Source: an uncultured Clostridia bacterium (GTDB lineage: Bacteria; Bacillota; Clostridia; Oscillospirales; JAAYOS01). From it: 64,000 nucleotides of DNA. A program made the position numbers and the translations under genes. The number at the start of each line of letters is the position of its first letter. Position 1 is the first letter of the stretch. The stretch spans positions 1,301 through 65,300 of the forward strand of contig CANRJS010000009.1 of the NCBI GenBank assembly GCA_947631015.1. The letters are read 5' to 3'. The notes beneath the pieces are model-generated. The model was not told the origin of the DNA. It saw only the letters and a program-made list of their open reading frames with translations, and did not search any database. Shown in pieces: positions 18,952-29,123 of the stretch.

Positions 18952-20073
18952 TCACCTCACACGCTCGCCCGCAAGATACACGCTCTCCACCGTGCCCGCC
19001 TCGTCCACTGTGACGAAGTCGGCGCGCATGCCGGTATAGAAGCCGCCGGCGTCCTCCGCGCCGAGCGCGCGGGCGGGATTTGCGGAGCATATCCGCGCCG
19101 CGTCCCCGGGCGCAACTCCGAGCGACAGGAGATTCACAAGCGCCGCATCGAGCGTGCGGCAGCTTCCGCAAATCGTGCCGTCCGGGAGGCGCGCGACGCC
19201 GCCCGAAATGCGGTATTTCACGCCGCCCAGCTCGTGCTCGCCGTCCCCGAGACCCGCGCCGCTCACCGCGTCGCTTATCGCGGTGACGTTCGCCGCTCCC
19301 TTCGCAAGCAGCACGAGCTTCACCGCCGGCGCGGAGAGGTGCACGAGGTCGCATATCATCTCGCACTCGACGCGCTCGTCGGTGAGCGCCGCGCCGAGAA
19401 GCCCCGGCTCGCGGTGCGCGAACGGCACCATGCCGTTAAAGACGTGCGTCGCGCGGCGGAAGCCGGCGTCCACCGCCGCCTCCGCCTGCCCGTAGGACGC
19501 CGTCGAGTGTCCCATCGAGAGCTTCACGCCGAGGCGCGCGGACTCCTCCGCGAGCTCCGCCGCCCCTTCGAGCTCCGGCGCGGCGGTCATCAGCTTCACA
19601 AGGCCCTCGCCCGCCCCGACAAGCTCGCGGAACAGCCGGACGTCCGGCAGGCGCAGATTTTCGGGGTTGAGCGCCCCCGCGCGCTTCGGCGAGACGAACG
19701 GTCCCTCGAGGTGTATGCCGAGTATCCGCGCCTCGTCCGCGCCCTGATTTCTGCTCGCCGCGACGATGTTTTGTATCGCCGCGAGCGCGTCACTCTCGCC
19801 GAGCGCCGAGAGCGTCGGCGCAAACGCGGTGACGCCCGCCCGCGCGAGCATCCTCGCCGCGCGGTGCAGGTCGGCATCCGCGTGGTCGAACGCCACTCCG
19901 AAGGCGCCGTGTATGTGCGTGTCTATAAGCCCCGGCAGCGCTCTCGCGCCGCCGAGGCTTATCTTCTCACCCTCGCCGGAGGCCGAAAATACACCGTTTT
20001 CGACTCTCAGCTCTCCCTTTTCCCAGCCGTCTCCGGCGGGAAGATACAGGTCGGTAAAAATCATGTCAGTCAA
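18952..20073 (-). CDS. nagA: N-acetylglucosamine-6-phosphate deacetylase
   Basis: PGLIDTHIHG, HLEGPF, HVFNGM motifs. Confidence 0.92.
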   Translation of the reverse strand: MTDMIFTDLYLPAGDGWEKGELRVENGVFSASGEGEKISLGGARALPGLIDTHIHGAFGVAFDHADADLHRAARMLARAGVTAFAPTLSALGESDALAAIQNIVAASRNQGADEARILGIHLEGPFVSPKRAGALNPENLRLPDVRLFRELVGAGEGLVKLMTAAPELEGAAELAEESARLGVKLSMGHSTASYGQAEAAVDAGFRRATHVFNGMVPFAHREPGLLGAALTDERVECEMICDLVHLSAPAVKLVLLAKGAANVTAISDAVSGAGLGDGEHELGGVKYRISGGVARLPDGTICGSCRTLDAALVNLLSLGVAPGDAARICSANPARALGAEDAGGFYTGMRADFVTVDEAGTVESVYLAGERVR

Positions 20074-21127
20074 GCACGACCTCGTGCCCCGTCTCCGCCG
20101 ACTTGTAGACGGCGCAGAGTATCTTCATTATGTCGACGCCGTCCTTCGCGGGGCTGCGGCAGGGCTCGCCGTTTGTCACGCAGTCCACAAAGTGGTTTAT
20201 CTCGTTTGCGAAGAGCCCGTTGAAGTCGAGCGCGGTGTTGTGGGCAAAGTTCACGTCCGCAAGGTAGTCGTTCATCTCGGTGTAAAGTTCGACCTCCGGC
20301 TCTATCTTCGCGCCGCCCTTGGTGCCGAAGAGCTCTATCTTTCCCTCGTCGTGCTTGATGTTGAGGCTGAACGCCGCTTCTATCGACAGGACCGCGCCGT
20401 TGTCGTAGCGTATCATGGCGCTTGCGAGGTCCTCAACGTCGCATATGTCGTCCACGCCCGCCGAGACCGACGTGTAGCCCTTGCCGCTCTTGATGTTCGG
20501 ACGGTTCCCTAGCTTGCGGAAGGTCGCACCGTAGACCGACACCGGCTTTGGGTTGCCCATGATGTAGCGGGTGAGGTCGATGACGTGTACGCCGAGGTCG
20601 ATGAGCGGACCGCCGCCCGAACGGCTCCTGTCGCCGAACCAGCCGCCGGGGTTCCCGTTGCGGCGGAGGTATGTCGCCTTAGCATAGTACATCTCGCCGA
20701 AGAAGTCGCTCGCAACGAAATCCTTTAGGAGCGAGCAGTCGTTGCCGTACCGGCGGACAAAGCCTATCATCAGGAGCTTGCCGTTCTTCTCGGCGGCCGC
20801 CTTCATCGCCTCCGCGTCCTCGACGGAGGTCGCCATCGGCTTCTCGCAGAGGACGTTCAGTCCGGCATTGAGCGCCGCAATAGTGACCGGCGCGTGCTGG
20901 CTGTTCCAGACGCAGACGCTCACCGCGTCGAGCTGCTCCGACCGGAACATTTCGTTGTAGTCCGAGTAGAGCTTCGTTATGCCGTACTTCTCACCCATGA
21001 GCTTCAGCTGCTTCCCGTTGATGTCGCAAAAGCTGACGAGTTCCACCGCCGGGTTTTTCAGGTACGCCTGAATATGCTCGTTTGAAATATTTCCGACGCC
21101 TACGACGCCGACTCTGAGTTTTGCCAT
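20066..21127 (-). CDS. Gfo/Idh/MocA family NAD(P)-dependent oxidoreductase
   Basis: GVVGVGNI Rossmann motif, LCEKP, GGGPLIDLGVHVIDL. Confidence 0.93.
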   Translation of the reverse strand: MAKLRVGVVGVGNISNEHIQAYLKNPAVELVSFCDINGKQLKLMGEKYGITKLYSDYNEMFRSEQLDAVSVCVWNSQHAPVTIAALNAGLNVLCEKPMATSVEDAEAMKAAAEKNGKLLMIGFVRRYGNDCSLLKDFVASDFFGEMYYAKATYLRRNGNPGGWFGDRSRSGGGPLIDLGVHVIDLTRYIMGNPKPVSVYGATFRKLGNRPNIKSGKGYTSVSAGVDDICDVEDLASAMIRYDNGAVLSIEAAFSLNIKHDEGKIELFGTKGGAKIEPEVELYTEMNDYLADVNFAHNTALDFNGLFANEINHFVDCVTNGEPCRSPAKDGVDIMKILCAVYKSAETGHEVVLD

Positions 21128-21178
21128 GTTTTTTCCTCCTCACGTTTATTGTTCCGCCGCAGGACGCGGCGCCGTTCG

Positions 21179-22015
21179 TTACATCAGTTTTCTCAGGAAG
21201 TCCGCCGCGAGACGGATGTCCGCCGTCGGGTCGGCTCCGACCTCGCGCTCTATCGTAAGAAATCCCCTGTACCCGACGTCCTCGAGAGCCGAAAGCCAGC
21301 CGGGGAAGTCCACGCTCCCCTCGCCGAGCGGCACCTCCTCAAACGCCCTGCCCTCCTGTATGGCGTCCTCTATCAGGCCGTAGATTATCTCCGGGTCGAC
21401 GTCGAGGAGCTTCACGCCGTCCTTCGCGTGGGTGTGGACTATGTAGTCGCGGAGGGTATAGACGCCCTTCACCGGGTCGTCTCCGGTGACCATGACGAAG
21501 TTTGCCGGGTCGAAGTTGACGGCGACGCCCTTCGAGCCGAGCCCGTCGAGGAAGCCCTTCAGCGTCTCCGCAGTCTCGGGACCAGTCTCGATGGCGAAGT
21601 GGCCGCCGAGCGAGTCCGCATACTCCGCAAGCTCGCGGCACGCCTCCTGCATGACCTTGTAGCGCTCGTGCGACGGGTCGGACGGCACGACGCCGATATG
21701 CGTAGTCACGATATCGGTGCCGAGGTCCTTTGCGAGATCCATCACCCGCTTCGACTTCTCGACGAGCTCCGCATTGAGCTCCTTCTTGCCGAAGCCGTGC
21801 CCGAAGTCGCCGCATATCGCCGAGAATTCCAGCCCGTGCGAGCGGACCATGTCGAGCAGCTCATGCCGCGCGGAGGCCGTCAGCTTCTCCGGCGTGTACT
21901 CCCCGCGCGAGGCGTACATCTGGATACCGGCGGCTCCGAGACTCTCCGCGAGCCCGAGCGCCGTTTGAAAGTCGGTGCGGAAGCTCTCGACCATAACTCC
22001 TATCGGAAATTTCAT
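21179..22015 (-). CDS. Sugar phosphate isomerase/epimerase family TIM-barrel protein (AP endonuclease 2/IolE-like)
   Basis: Metal ligand pattern AIETG, NFDPAN, HTHAKD, TIERE. Confidence 0.9.
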   Translation of the reverse strand: MKFPIGVMVESFRTDFQTALGLAESLGAAGIQMYASRGEYTPEKLTASARHELLDMVRSHGLEFSAICGDFGHGFGKKELNAELVEKSKRVMDLAKDLGTDIVTTHIGVVPSDPSHERYKVMQEACRELAEYADSLGGHFAIETGPETAETLKGFLDGLGSKGVAVNFDPANFVMVTGDDPVKGVYTLRDYIVHTHAKDGVKLLDVDPEIIYGLIEDAIQEGRAFEEVPLGEGSVDFPGWLSALEDVGYRGFLTIEREVGADPTADIRLAADFLRKLM

Positions 22016-22172
22016 TGTTCTCCCTCCGTTTTTTCTGTATTGCCGCGCCGCCGCGCGGCGCCTCTCTCAGCCGTATCATAGCACACCCTCGGGAGCGCCG
22101 CAAGGTGTTTTCGGATAAAATGGGAAAAGAATATTATGCACGAGCCGATTTTGCGAAACGTGCGCGCGGAGG

Positions 22173-22201
22173 TCAAGTTTCCCCTTCCCGCGGCATACAC
22201 A
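22173..22201 (+). promoter_or_regulatory. sigmaE-like (sporulation) promoter of the deacetylase gene
   Basis: TCAAGTT-N14-CATACACA. Confidence 0.55.
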
Positions 22202-22221
22202 TTCGGAGAGGAGGGATAGCA

Positions 22222-23055
22222 ATGAAGAAAGTACTTAAAGCGCTCTCCGCACGTTTCGGCGGAGGCAAGGCACGGATATTCCTGATACGGCGGTGGTACG
22301 TCGCGGCGGCGGTGCTCGCGCTCTGCGTCGTCGGGATATACGCCGTGTTCGGCAACGAGACCATCGTGGGCGCGGCGGCGGCAAAGCGCGAGCTGCCGAT
22401 ATACTGCGTGCAGCGCGAGGACAAGGCGGTATCGCTCACCTTCGACGCCGCGTGGGGCAATGAGGACACTCAGCAGCTCATCGACATACTCGGCCGCTAC
22501 AACGTAAAGGCGACCTTCTTTGTCGTGGGCGACTGGGCGACGAAGTACCCCGAGTCGGTCAAAGCGCTCTCGGACGCGGGGCACGAGGTCATGAGCCATT
22601 CCGACAAGCACAAGCACATGACCCAGCTCTCTGCGGACGAGATAGTGGCGGACATCACCGCCTGCTGCGACAAAATTTCTGCCGTCACCGGCGTCACGCC
22701 GACGCTCTTCCGCGCGCCCTACGGCGAGTATGACGACAAGGTCGTCACCACCCTCCGGAAGATGGGTATGTACACCATCCAGTGGGACGTGGACAGTCTT
22801 GACTGGAAGGAGCTCTCCGCTGCGGAGATACACGAGCGGGTGATGTCGCGCGTCGCGCCCGGCTCGATAGTCCTCTTTCACAACGCCGCGCTGCACACCC
22901 CGGAGGCTCTGCCCGGGATAATCGAGGCGCTTCAGGCGGACGGCTACTCCGTCATGCCGGTAAGCGAACTCATATACAAGGGCGAATACACCCTCGACCA
23001 CGAGGGACGGCAGATCCCCGCAGCCCCCGCTCCGTCTCCGTCCCCCGCCGGCTGA
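22222..23055 (+). CDS. pdaB: Polysaccharide deacetylase, PdaB-like (CE4)
   Basis: LTFDAAWG, HSDKHKHM, LFRAPYG, VLFHN; N-terminal TM; start trimmed to MKKVLK. Confidence 0.85.
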   Translation: MKKVLKALSARFGGGKARIFLIRRWYVAAAVLALCVVGIYAVFGNETIVGAAAAKRELPIYCVQREDKAVSLTFDAAWGNEDTQQLIDILGRYNVKATFFVVGDWATKYPESVKALSDAGHEVMSHSDKHKHMTQLSADEIVADITACCDKISAVTGVTPTLFRAPYGEYDDKVVTTLRKMGMYTIQWDVDSLDWKELSAAEIHERVMSRVAPGSIVLFHNAALHTPEALPGIIEALQADGYSVMPVSELIYKGEYTLDHEGRQIPAAPAPSPSPAG

Positions 23056-23131
23056 ACCGCATTTGTATTTTTTGCGGATTTTTCATCATATTTCCGCAAA
23101 ATTTTCAGCCGATTTTTTCTTTGGAATTCGG

Positions 23132-23160
23132 TTTACAGCCGCGATTCCCGGTGATATAAT
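23132..23160 (+). promoter_or_regulatory. sigmaA promoter of MATE gene
   Basis: TTTACA-N17-TATAAT. Confidence 0.7.
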
Positions 23161-23215
23161 AGCCGAGTACGAAATTATGCGCCGTTACCGGCCGTTTTCA
23201 CTGGGAGTGACTGTT

Positions 23216-24625
23216 TTGGCTCGCACACGCAGCTATGAAATGGATATGGTCAATGGGCCGCTGCTCGGCAAGATATGCCGGTTCGCGTTCCCGCTCGCTC
23301 TGTCGAGCATGCTCCAGCTTCTGTTCAACGCGGCGGACATCATCGTCGTCGGCAACTGGGGCAGCGACACTTCGCTTGCCGCCGTCAGCTCCACCGGCTC
23401 GATGGTCAACCTCATCGTCAACCTCTTTATCGGTCTGTCGATAGGCACAAACGTCCTCGTCGCGCGCTACTACGGCTCGGGCGACCGCGAGATGCTCGAA
23501 CGCGTGGTACATACCTCCATCGCGACGAGCCTCGCCGCAGGCGCGATACTCGCCGTCATTGGCTGGTTCTTCGCCCGCCCGATGCTCGAGCTGATGGGCT
23601 CGCCCGAAAACGTCATCGACCAGTCCGCGCTGTACGTGCAGATCTTCTTCCTCGGTATGCCGGGAAATATGCTCTACAACTTCGGCGCGGCGGTGCTCCG
23701 TTCGGTGGGCGACACGCGCCGCCCGCTCTACTTTCTCATGATCGCGGGCGTGCTGAACGTCCTGCTCAATCTGCTGTTCGTCATAGTGTTTAAAATGGAC
23801 GTCGCGGGCGTCGCGGTAGCGACGATAATCTCGCAGTACGTCTCCGCCGCGCTCGTGCTGATATGCCTCGTGAAGAGCGACGGGCCGTACCGCGTTTATC
23901 TCCGCCGCCTGCGCATACACCTCGACATGCTTTGGGGGCTTGCACGCATCGGCATCCCGGCGGGCATCCAGGGCATCATCTTCTCCCTGTCCAACGTGAT
24001 AATCCAGTCGTCGATAAACTCCTTCGGCTCGGTCGTCATGACCGGCTCGGGCGCGGCGGCAAACCTCGAGGGCTTCGTGTACGTCGCGATGAACTCGTTC
24101 TATCAGGCGGCTCTCAGCTTCACCGGACAGAACATGGGCGCGGAGAAGTACGAGCGTATCGACCGCGTGCTCCTGCTCTGCGAGATGATGGTAACGATAG
24201 TCGGTATCGTGCTCGGCGTGGGCGTGTACCTTCTCGGCCACCCGCTCCTTTCCATCTACACAAACGACGAGGTCGCGATACAGTACGGCATCGACCGTCT
24301 GCTGCTTCTGAGCGCGCCGTACTTCCTGTGCGGTATGATGGACGTTCTCTGCGGTGTCATGCGCGGAACCGGCTACTCGTTTATCCCGATGGTCGTGTCG
24401 ATACTCGGCGTATGCGGTTCGCGCATACTCTGGATATACACGATATTCGCCATGCACCACACGCTTTTCACGCTCTTCATCTCCTACCCCATTTCGTGGG
24501 CGGCAACGGCGCTTATCCACCTGCTCAGCTACTTCCTGCTGAAGAAATACAAGCTGAATCCGATGAAGAAGAAGCGCGACGAACGGCTCGCCGCCGAAGC
24601 GGCGCCTGCGGCGGCCGCCGTGTGA
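23216..24625 (+). CDS. MATE family efflux transporter
   Basis: FAFPLALSSMLQLLFNAADIIVVG, LRSVGDTRRPL, GVAGVAVAT; exact start uncertain. Confidence 0.92.
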   Translation: MARTRSYEMDMVNGPLLGKICRFAFPLALSSMLQLLFNAADIIVVGNWGSDTSLAAVSSTGSMVNLIVNLFIGLSIGTNVLVARYYGSGDREMLERVVHTSIATSLAAGAILAVIGWFFARPMLELMGSPENVIDQSALYVQIFFLGMPGNMLYNFGAAVLRSVGDTRRPLYFLMIAGVLNVLLNLLFVIVFKMDVAGVAVATIISQYVSAALVLICLVKSDGPYRVYLRRLRIHLDMLWGLARIGIPAGIQGIIFSLSNVIIQSSINSFGSVVMTGSGAAANLEGFVYVAMNSFYQAALSFTGQNMGAEKYERIDRVLLLCEMMVTIVGIVLGVGVYLLGHPLLSIYTNDEVAIQYGIDRLLLLSAPYFLCGMMDVLCGVMRGTGYSFIPMVVSILGVCGSRILWIYTIFAMHHTLFTLFISYPISWAATALIHLLSYFLLKKYKLNPMKKKRDERLAAEAAPAAAAV

Positions 24626-24712
24626 CGCCGTCAAACTCCATAGAATTTTCGCATTTTCCCCGGGAATATTTGTCGTATGGTCACAAATATCCCCGGGGAA
24701 ATCATTTTGTGC

Positions 24713-24741
24713 TTTACAAAACGGGCGTCAGGATATAAAAT
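24713..24741 (+). promoter_or_regulatory. sigmaA promoter of aromatic amino acid operon
   Basis: TTTACA-N17-TAAAAT. Confidence 0.7.
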
Positions 24742-24772
24742 ATTCGTAAGTTCAAAAGCGAGGTTTCAACCT

Positions 24773-24877
24773 ATGTCTGACTGTTCGCGTAAAAACGGAT
24801 ACTTCTACTTTAGCTTCAGCTTTGCCGGCTATTACTTCGGCAAGGCTTGTTCTGCTGTGGAAGACGTCAGGGCATAG
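24773..24877 (+). CDS. Phe/Tyr-rich leader peptide (34 aa), candidate attenuator peptide
   Basis: SD GAGGT; MSDCSRKNGYFYFSFSFAGYYFGKACSAVEDVRA*; 5 Phe and 4 Tyr in codons 10-22. Confidence 0.85.
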   Translation: MSDCSRKNGYFYFSFSFAGYYFGKACSAVEDVRA

Positions 24878-24896
24878 ACAGTTAATTCTGTGCAGC

Positions 24897-24932
24897 AACG
24901 CTCCGCGGCAGACCGCCGCGGAGCGTTTTTGT
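24897..24932 (+). terminator. Attenuator terminator upstream of aroF
   Basis: 13-bp stem AACGCTCCGCGGC/GCCGCGGAGCGTT followed by TTTGTT; lies between the leader ORF and aroF. Confidence 0.85.
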
Positions 24933-24987
24933 TCCGCGCGGCACGCGGAACGGGCCCCGCTTTCAAAAAGTATCGGAGGAATTCAAA

Positions 24988-26001
24988 ATGATCGTCATTC
25001 TCAAGCAGAACCCGGACAAGGCGCAGCTCGACATGCTTACAAAGTGGCTCGACGACATGGGCATAAGCGTCCATACGACCGTCGGCCACCTTCAGACCAT
25101 CCTCGGTCTCGTCGGCGACACCTCGAAGGTCGACATCGACCTCATTCAGGCGCTCGACATTGTCGAGGACGTCAAGCGCGTCCAGGAGCCGTTCAAGAAC
25201 GCGAACCGCAAGTTTCACCCGGACGACACCGTCGTCGACGTCGGCGGCGTAAAGATAGGCGGAGGAAACTTCCAGGTCATAGCGGGCCCGTGCTCGGTCG
25301 AGAGCGAGGAGCAGATATGCGCCGTCGCAAAGGCGGTAAAGGCGTCCGGCGCGACGCTGCTGCGCGGCGGCGCGTTCAAGCCGCGCACCTCGCCCTACTC
25401 CTTCCAGGGACTGCGCGAGGACGGCATCCGTCTGCTTGTCGAAGCCAAGCGCGAGACCGGACTGCCGATAGTCACCGAGATAATGGACCTCTCCCAGCTC
25501 GGCCTGTACGACGATGTGGATATGATTCAGGTCGGCGCGCGCAACATGCAGAACTTCGAGCTTCTGAAGGAGCTCGGACATCTCCGCAAGCCGATACTCC
25601 TCAAGCGTGGCCTCAGCTCCACGCTCGAGGAGCTGCTGATGAGCGCCGAGTACATCATGGCGGGCGGCAACGAGCAGGTCGTGCTCTGCGAGCGCGGCAT
25701 CCGCACGTTCGAGACCTACACCCGCAACACTCTCGACATCAGCGCCGTGCCCGTCCTCAAGGACCTCAGCCACCTCCCCGTCATAGTCGACCCGAGCCAC
25801 GCCACCGGCAAGCATTCGCTCGTCCCGCCGACCGCGCTCGCGGCGGTCGCCGCAGGTGCGGACGGTCTCATCATAGAGGTTCACAACGACCCGGCGCACG
25901 CCCTCTGCGACGGCCCGCAGTCGCTCACCCCGAAGAACTTCGAGCGCCTCATGCGGAGCATCGACGCGCTCCGTCCCTATGCCTACGGGCGCGAGGCGTG
26001 A
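24988..26001 (+). CDS. aroF: DAHP synthase (type I-beta, N-terminal regulatory domain)
   Basis: [40 protein letters not shown]. Confidence 0.97.
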   Translation: MIVILKQNPDKAQLDMLTKWLDDMGISVHTTVGHLQTILGLVGDTSKVDIDLIQALDIVEDVKRVQEPFKNANRKFHPDDTVVDVGGVKIGGGNFQVIAGPCSVESEEQICAVAKAVKASGATLLRGGAFKPRTSPYSFQGLREDGIRLLVEAKRETGLPIVTEIMDLSQLGLYDDVDMIQVGARNMQNFELLKELGHLRKPILLKRGLSSTLEELLMSAEYIMAGGNEQVVLCERGIRTFETYTRNTLDISAVPVLKDLSHLPVIVDPSHATGKHSLVPPTALAAVAAGADGLIIEVHNDPAHALCDGPQSLTPKNFERLMRSIDALRPYAYGREA

Positions 26002-26005
26002 CCGT

Positions 26006-26845
26006 ATGAATATAGGTATAGTCGGCCTCGGCCTGATAGGCGGGAGCATGGCGCGCGCGATAAAGCGCTCCGGCGCAGGCCACACGGTCTACGCGTGCAA
26101 CCGCTCGAAGGCGCCGCTCGAAGCGGCGCTCGGCGAGGGCGTCGTTGACGCTGTCCTCACCGACGAGACTCTCCCTCTCTGCGACCTCGTGCTCGTCGCG
26201 CTCTATCCCCGCTCCACGGTGGACTACGTGCTCGAGCACGCACCCCTCTTCTCGCTCGATACTGCCGTCGTTGACCTCTGCGGCGTGAAGGGCGCCGTCT
26301 GCCCCGAATGCTTCGAGGCGGCGCGCGAACACGGCTTCGCCTTCATCGGCGGACATCCGATGGCGGGCCGCGAGATCTCCGGCTTCTCCGCATCTCAGGA
26401 GGAGCTGTTCGACGGCGCTTCGATGATACTCGTCCCGCCGGAGGACGTCGACCCCGACCTCATGAGCTCGCTTCACGACTTCTTTCTGTCGCTCGGTTTC
26501 GGACGGATAACCGTATCGACGATGGAGCGGCACGACCGCGTCATAGCCTACACCTCCCAGCTCGCGCACGTAGTCTCGAACGCCTACGTCCAGAGTGAGA
26601 CCTCCGCGATGCACGGCGGCTTCTCCGCCGGCAGCTTCAAGGACCTCACCCGCGTCGCGCGGCTCAAGGTGGATATGTGGACCGAGCTCTTTCTTGACAA
26701 CCGGGATGCGCTCTCCTGCGAGCTGCGCGGCCTTATAGACCGCCTCTCGGCGTTCGAGAGCGCGATAAGCTCCGGCGACGCGGAGACGCTTGCCGTGATG
26801 CTCGAGCGCGGCGTCGAGATGAAGGAGGCAAGCGAAAATGTCTGA
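26006..26845 (+). CDS. tyrA: Prephenate dehydrogenase
   Basis: GIVGLGLIGGS, GGHPMAGRE, HDRVIAYTSQLAH. Confidence 0.93.
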   Translation: MNIGIVGLGLIGGSMARAIKRSGAGHTVYACNRSKAPLEAALGEGVVDAVLTDETLPLCDLVLVALYPRSTVDYVLEHAPLFSLDTAVVDLCGVKGAVCPECFEAAREHGFAFIGGHPMAGREISGFSASQEELFDGASMILVPPEDVDPDLMSSLHDFFLSLGFGRITVSTMERHDRVIAYTSQLAHVVSNAYVQSETSAMHGGFSAGSFKDLTRVARLKVDMWTELFLDNRDALSCELRGLIDRLSAFESAISSGDAETLAVMLERGVEMKEASENV

Positions 26846-27923
26846 CGTGATACGCGTCCACGTCTCCGCCGACCCGATAGACGCCGCGCCGGACGCGCGC
26901 GGCTATGACATACACATCGGCGAAGGGCTGCTCGAGCACCTCGTCGACTTCTTCCCTCTGCGCGGCGGCGCGCCGGACGGCTTCGCTCTCGTCACGGACG
27001 CGAACACCGACCGTCTTTTCGGCGGCCGCGCCGAAAAGACGCTCGGGCGCATGGCTCCCGTGACACGGATAGTCATGCCGGGCGGCGAGGAAAACAAAAA
27101 TCTCACGACGCTCGGCGCGATACTCGAGCGCATGGCGGCGGCAAAGCTCACCCGCCGCTGCGCCGTCGTCGCGGTCGGCGGCGGGATAGTCGGCGACGTC
27201 GCCGGCTTCGCCGCCGCGAGCTATCTGCGCGGCGTCCGTCTCATGCAGGTTCCGACGACGCTTCTCGCCGCCGTCGACAGCTCGGTCGGCGGCAAGACCG
27301 CTGTGAACCTCTCGGCGGGCAAGAACCTCGCGGGGGCGTTCCACCAGCCCTCCGCCGTCGTCTGTGACACGTCGCTTTTCGCGACCCTCACCCCGGACCT
27401 CGTCGGTGACGGCACGGCGGAGGCTCTGAAGCACGGCGTTCTTTCGAGCCGCGAGCTCTTCCGCGACACCGCCGCGAACGGCGCGCTCCGCCCGGAGATC
27501 ATAGCCGCGAACGTGACGTTCAAGGCAAACGTCGTCGCGGCGGACACGCGCGAGAGCGGCGCGCGCAAGCTTCTGAACCTCGGTCACACCTTCGGCCACG
27601 CGATAGAGAAATGCAGCGGATACGCCGTCTCGCACGGTCACGCCGTCGCGATAGGAACGGCGATGGCGGCGCGCGCCGCCTGCTCGCTCGGCATCCTTCC
27701 CACGTCCGACCGCGATGAGATAACGGACGGCATCCGTGCGGCGGGCCTCCCCACCGGGACTGACATCCCCGCCTCCGAGCTCGCCGAGGTGATGCTCTCG
27801 GACAAGAAGCGCTCGGGCGACGGGATAGACTTCATCCTCCCCGAGACGGTCGGCCGCTGCCGCATAGTCCGCATATCCACCGACCGGCTCGGCGGCGTTC
27901 TCGCCGCCGCCGGCGCGAAATAA
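26838..27923 (+). CDS. aroB: 3-dehydroquinate synthase
   Basis: GGGIVGDVAGF, PTTLLAAVDSSVGGKT, LNLGHTFGHAIE. Confidence 0.97.
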   Translation: MSDVIRVHVSADPIDAAPDARGYDIHIGEGLLEHLVDFFPLRGGAPDGFALVTDANTDRLFGGRAEKTLGRMAPVTRIVMPGGEENKNLTTLGAILERMAAAKLTRRCAVVAVGGGIVGDVAGFAAASYLRGVRLMQVPTTLLAAVDSSVGGKTAVNLSAGKNLAGAFHQPSAVVCDTSLFATLTPDLVGDGTAEALKHGVLSSRELFRDTAANGALRPEIIAANVTFKANVVAADTRESGARKLLNLGHTFGHAIEKCSGYAVSHGHAVAIGTAMAARAACSLGILPTSDRDEITDGIRAAGLPTGTDIPASELAEVMLSDKKRSGDGIDFILPETVGRCRIVRISTDRLGGVLAAAGAK

Positions 27924-27932
27924 GGAGACGCC

Positions 27933-29123
27933 ATGGACATCAGGATAACCCCGCACCGGCTCTCGGGCTCGCTACGCGCGATACCCTCCAAGTCGGACGC
28001 GCACCGTCTGCTGATACTCGCCGCGCTCGCGGAAAAGGAGACCTTCGTGGGCTGCCCCGACATCTCGCGTGACATCGACGCCACCGCGTCGCTCCTCCGC
28101 GCGCTCGGCGCGGGCGCAGAGCGCGCGGAGGACGGCTTCCTTGTGACGCCGGTGTCCTCCGTTCCCGCGTCGCCGCTCACGCTCGACTGCCTCGAGAGCG
28201 GCTCCACGCTCCGCTTCCTGCTCCCCGTCGCGGCGGCGCTCGGCGTGAACGCAACATTCGTCGGGGAGGGACGCCTCGGCGAGCGTCCGATGCTCCCCCT
28301 CACCGCCGCTCTGCGGAGCGGCGGCGTCTCCGTCTCCGCCGACCTCCTGCCGATAGAGATAAGCGGCAAACTTCGTTCCGGAGAGTACGAGCTCCCGGGC
28401 AACATAAGCTCGCAGTTCATCAGCGGTATGCTGATGGCGCTTGCGCACCTCGGCGGCGGCTCGGTTCGCCTCACAACGGCGCTCGAGAGCGCGGGCTACG
28501 TCGACATGACCCTGCGGACGCTCGAGCGCTTCGGCGTGTCGGTCTCGCGCGGCGGCGGGATGTTTGCCGTGTCCGGCAGAGTTCGCTCGCCCGGCCGCGC
28601 GGACGCGGAGGGCGACTGGTCCTCCGCCGCGTTCTGGCAGGAGGCGAACACCTTCGGCTCGGACGTCTCGGTCGAGGGACTTGACGACGCTTCCGCACAG
28701 CCCGACCGCGCCGCCGCGCAGTTGCTTCAATGTCTCGGCGGCACGGTGGACGTCAGCGGCTCGCCCGACCTCTTTCCCGCGCTCGCGCTCGCGGCGTCCG
28801 CCGCCCGCGAGAAAACGGTCTTTGTCGGCGGCGCGCGCCTGCGTCTGAAGGAGAGCGACAGGATAGCCACCGTCGCGGCGGCGCTTCGCGCGCTCGGCGG
28901 CGTCTGCCGCGAGACCGATGACGGTCTCGCGGTCGAGCCCTCGCCCCTCTCCGGCGGCGAGGTCGACGGCGCGGGCGACCACAGGATAGTTATGGCGGCG
29001 GCGGTCGCGGCCGCCCACGCCTCCGGCGAAACCGTCATACGCGGCGCGGAGGCCGTCGAAAAGAGCTATCCGGGATTCTTTGAAGATTTTACTCATCTGG
29101 GAGGGATAGTCCATGTCCTCTAG
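27933..29123 (+). CDS. aroA: EPSP synthase
   Basis: PSKSDAHR, ESGSTLRFL, SSQF, RLKESDR, DHRIVMA, KSYPGFF. Confidence 0.96.
   Translation: MDIRITPHRLSGSLRAIPSKSDAHRLLILAALAEKETFVGCPDISRDIDATASLLRALGAGAERAEDGFLVTPVSSVPASPLTLDCLESGSTLRFLLPVAAALGVNATFVGEGRLGERPMLPLTAALRSGGVSVSADLLPIEISGKLRSGEYELPGNISSQFISGMLMALAHLGGGSVRLTTALESAGYVDMTLRTLERFGVSVSRGGGMFAVSGRVRSPGRADAEGDWSSAAFWQEANTFGSDVSVEGLDDASAQPDRAAAQLLQCLGGTVDVSGSPDLFPALALAASAAREKTVFVGGARLRLKESDRIATVAAALRALGGVCRETDDGLAVEPSPLSGGEVDGAGDHRIVMAAAVAAAHASGETVIRGAEAVEKSYPGFFEDFTHLGGIVHVL

Noticed and set aside
24742-24987. T-box riboswitch ahead of aroF
   Set aside because: No T-box motif (AANNNAGGTGGNACC-like) or stem I GA/AG motifs are visible; the leader-peptide model fits much better.
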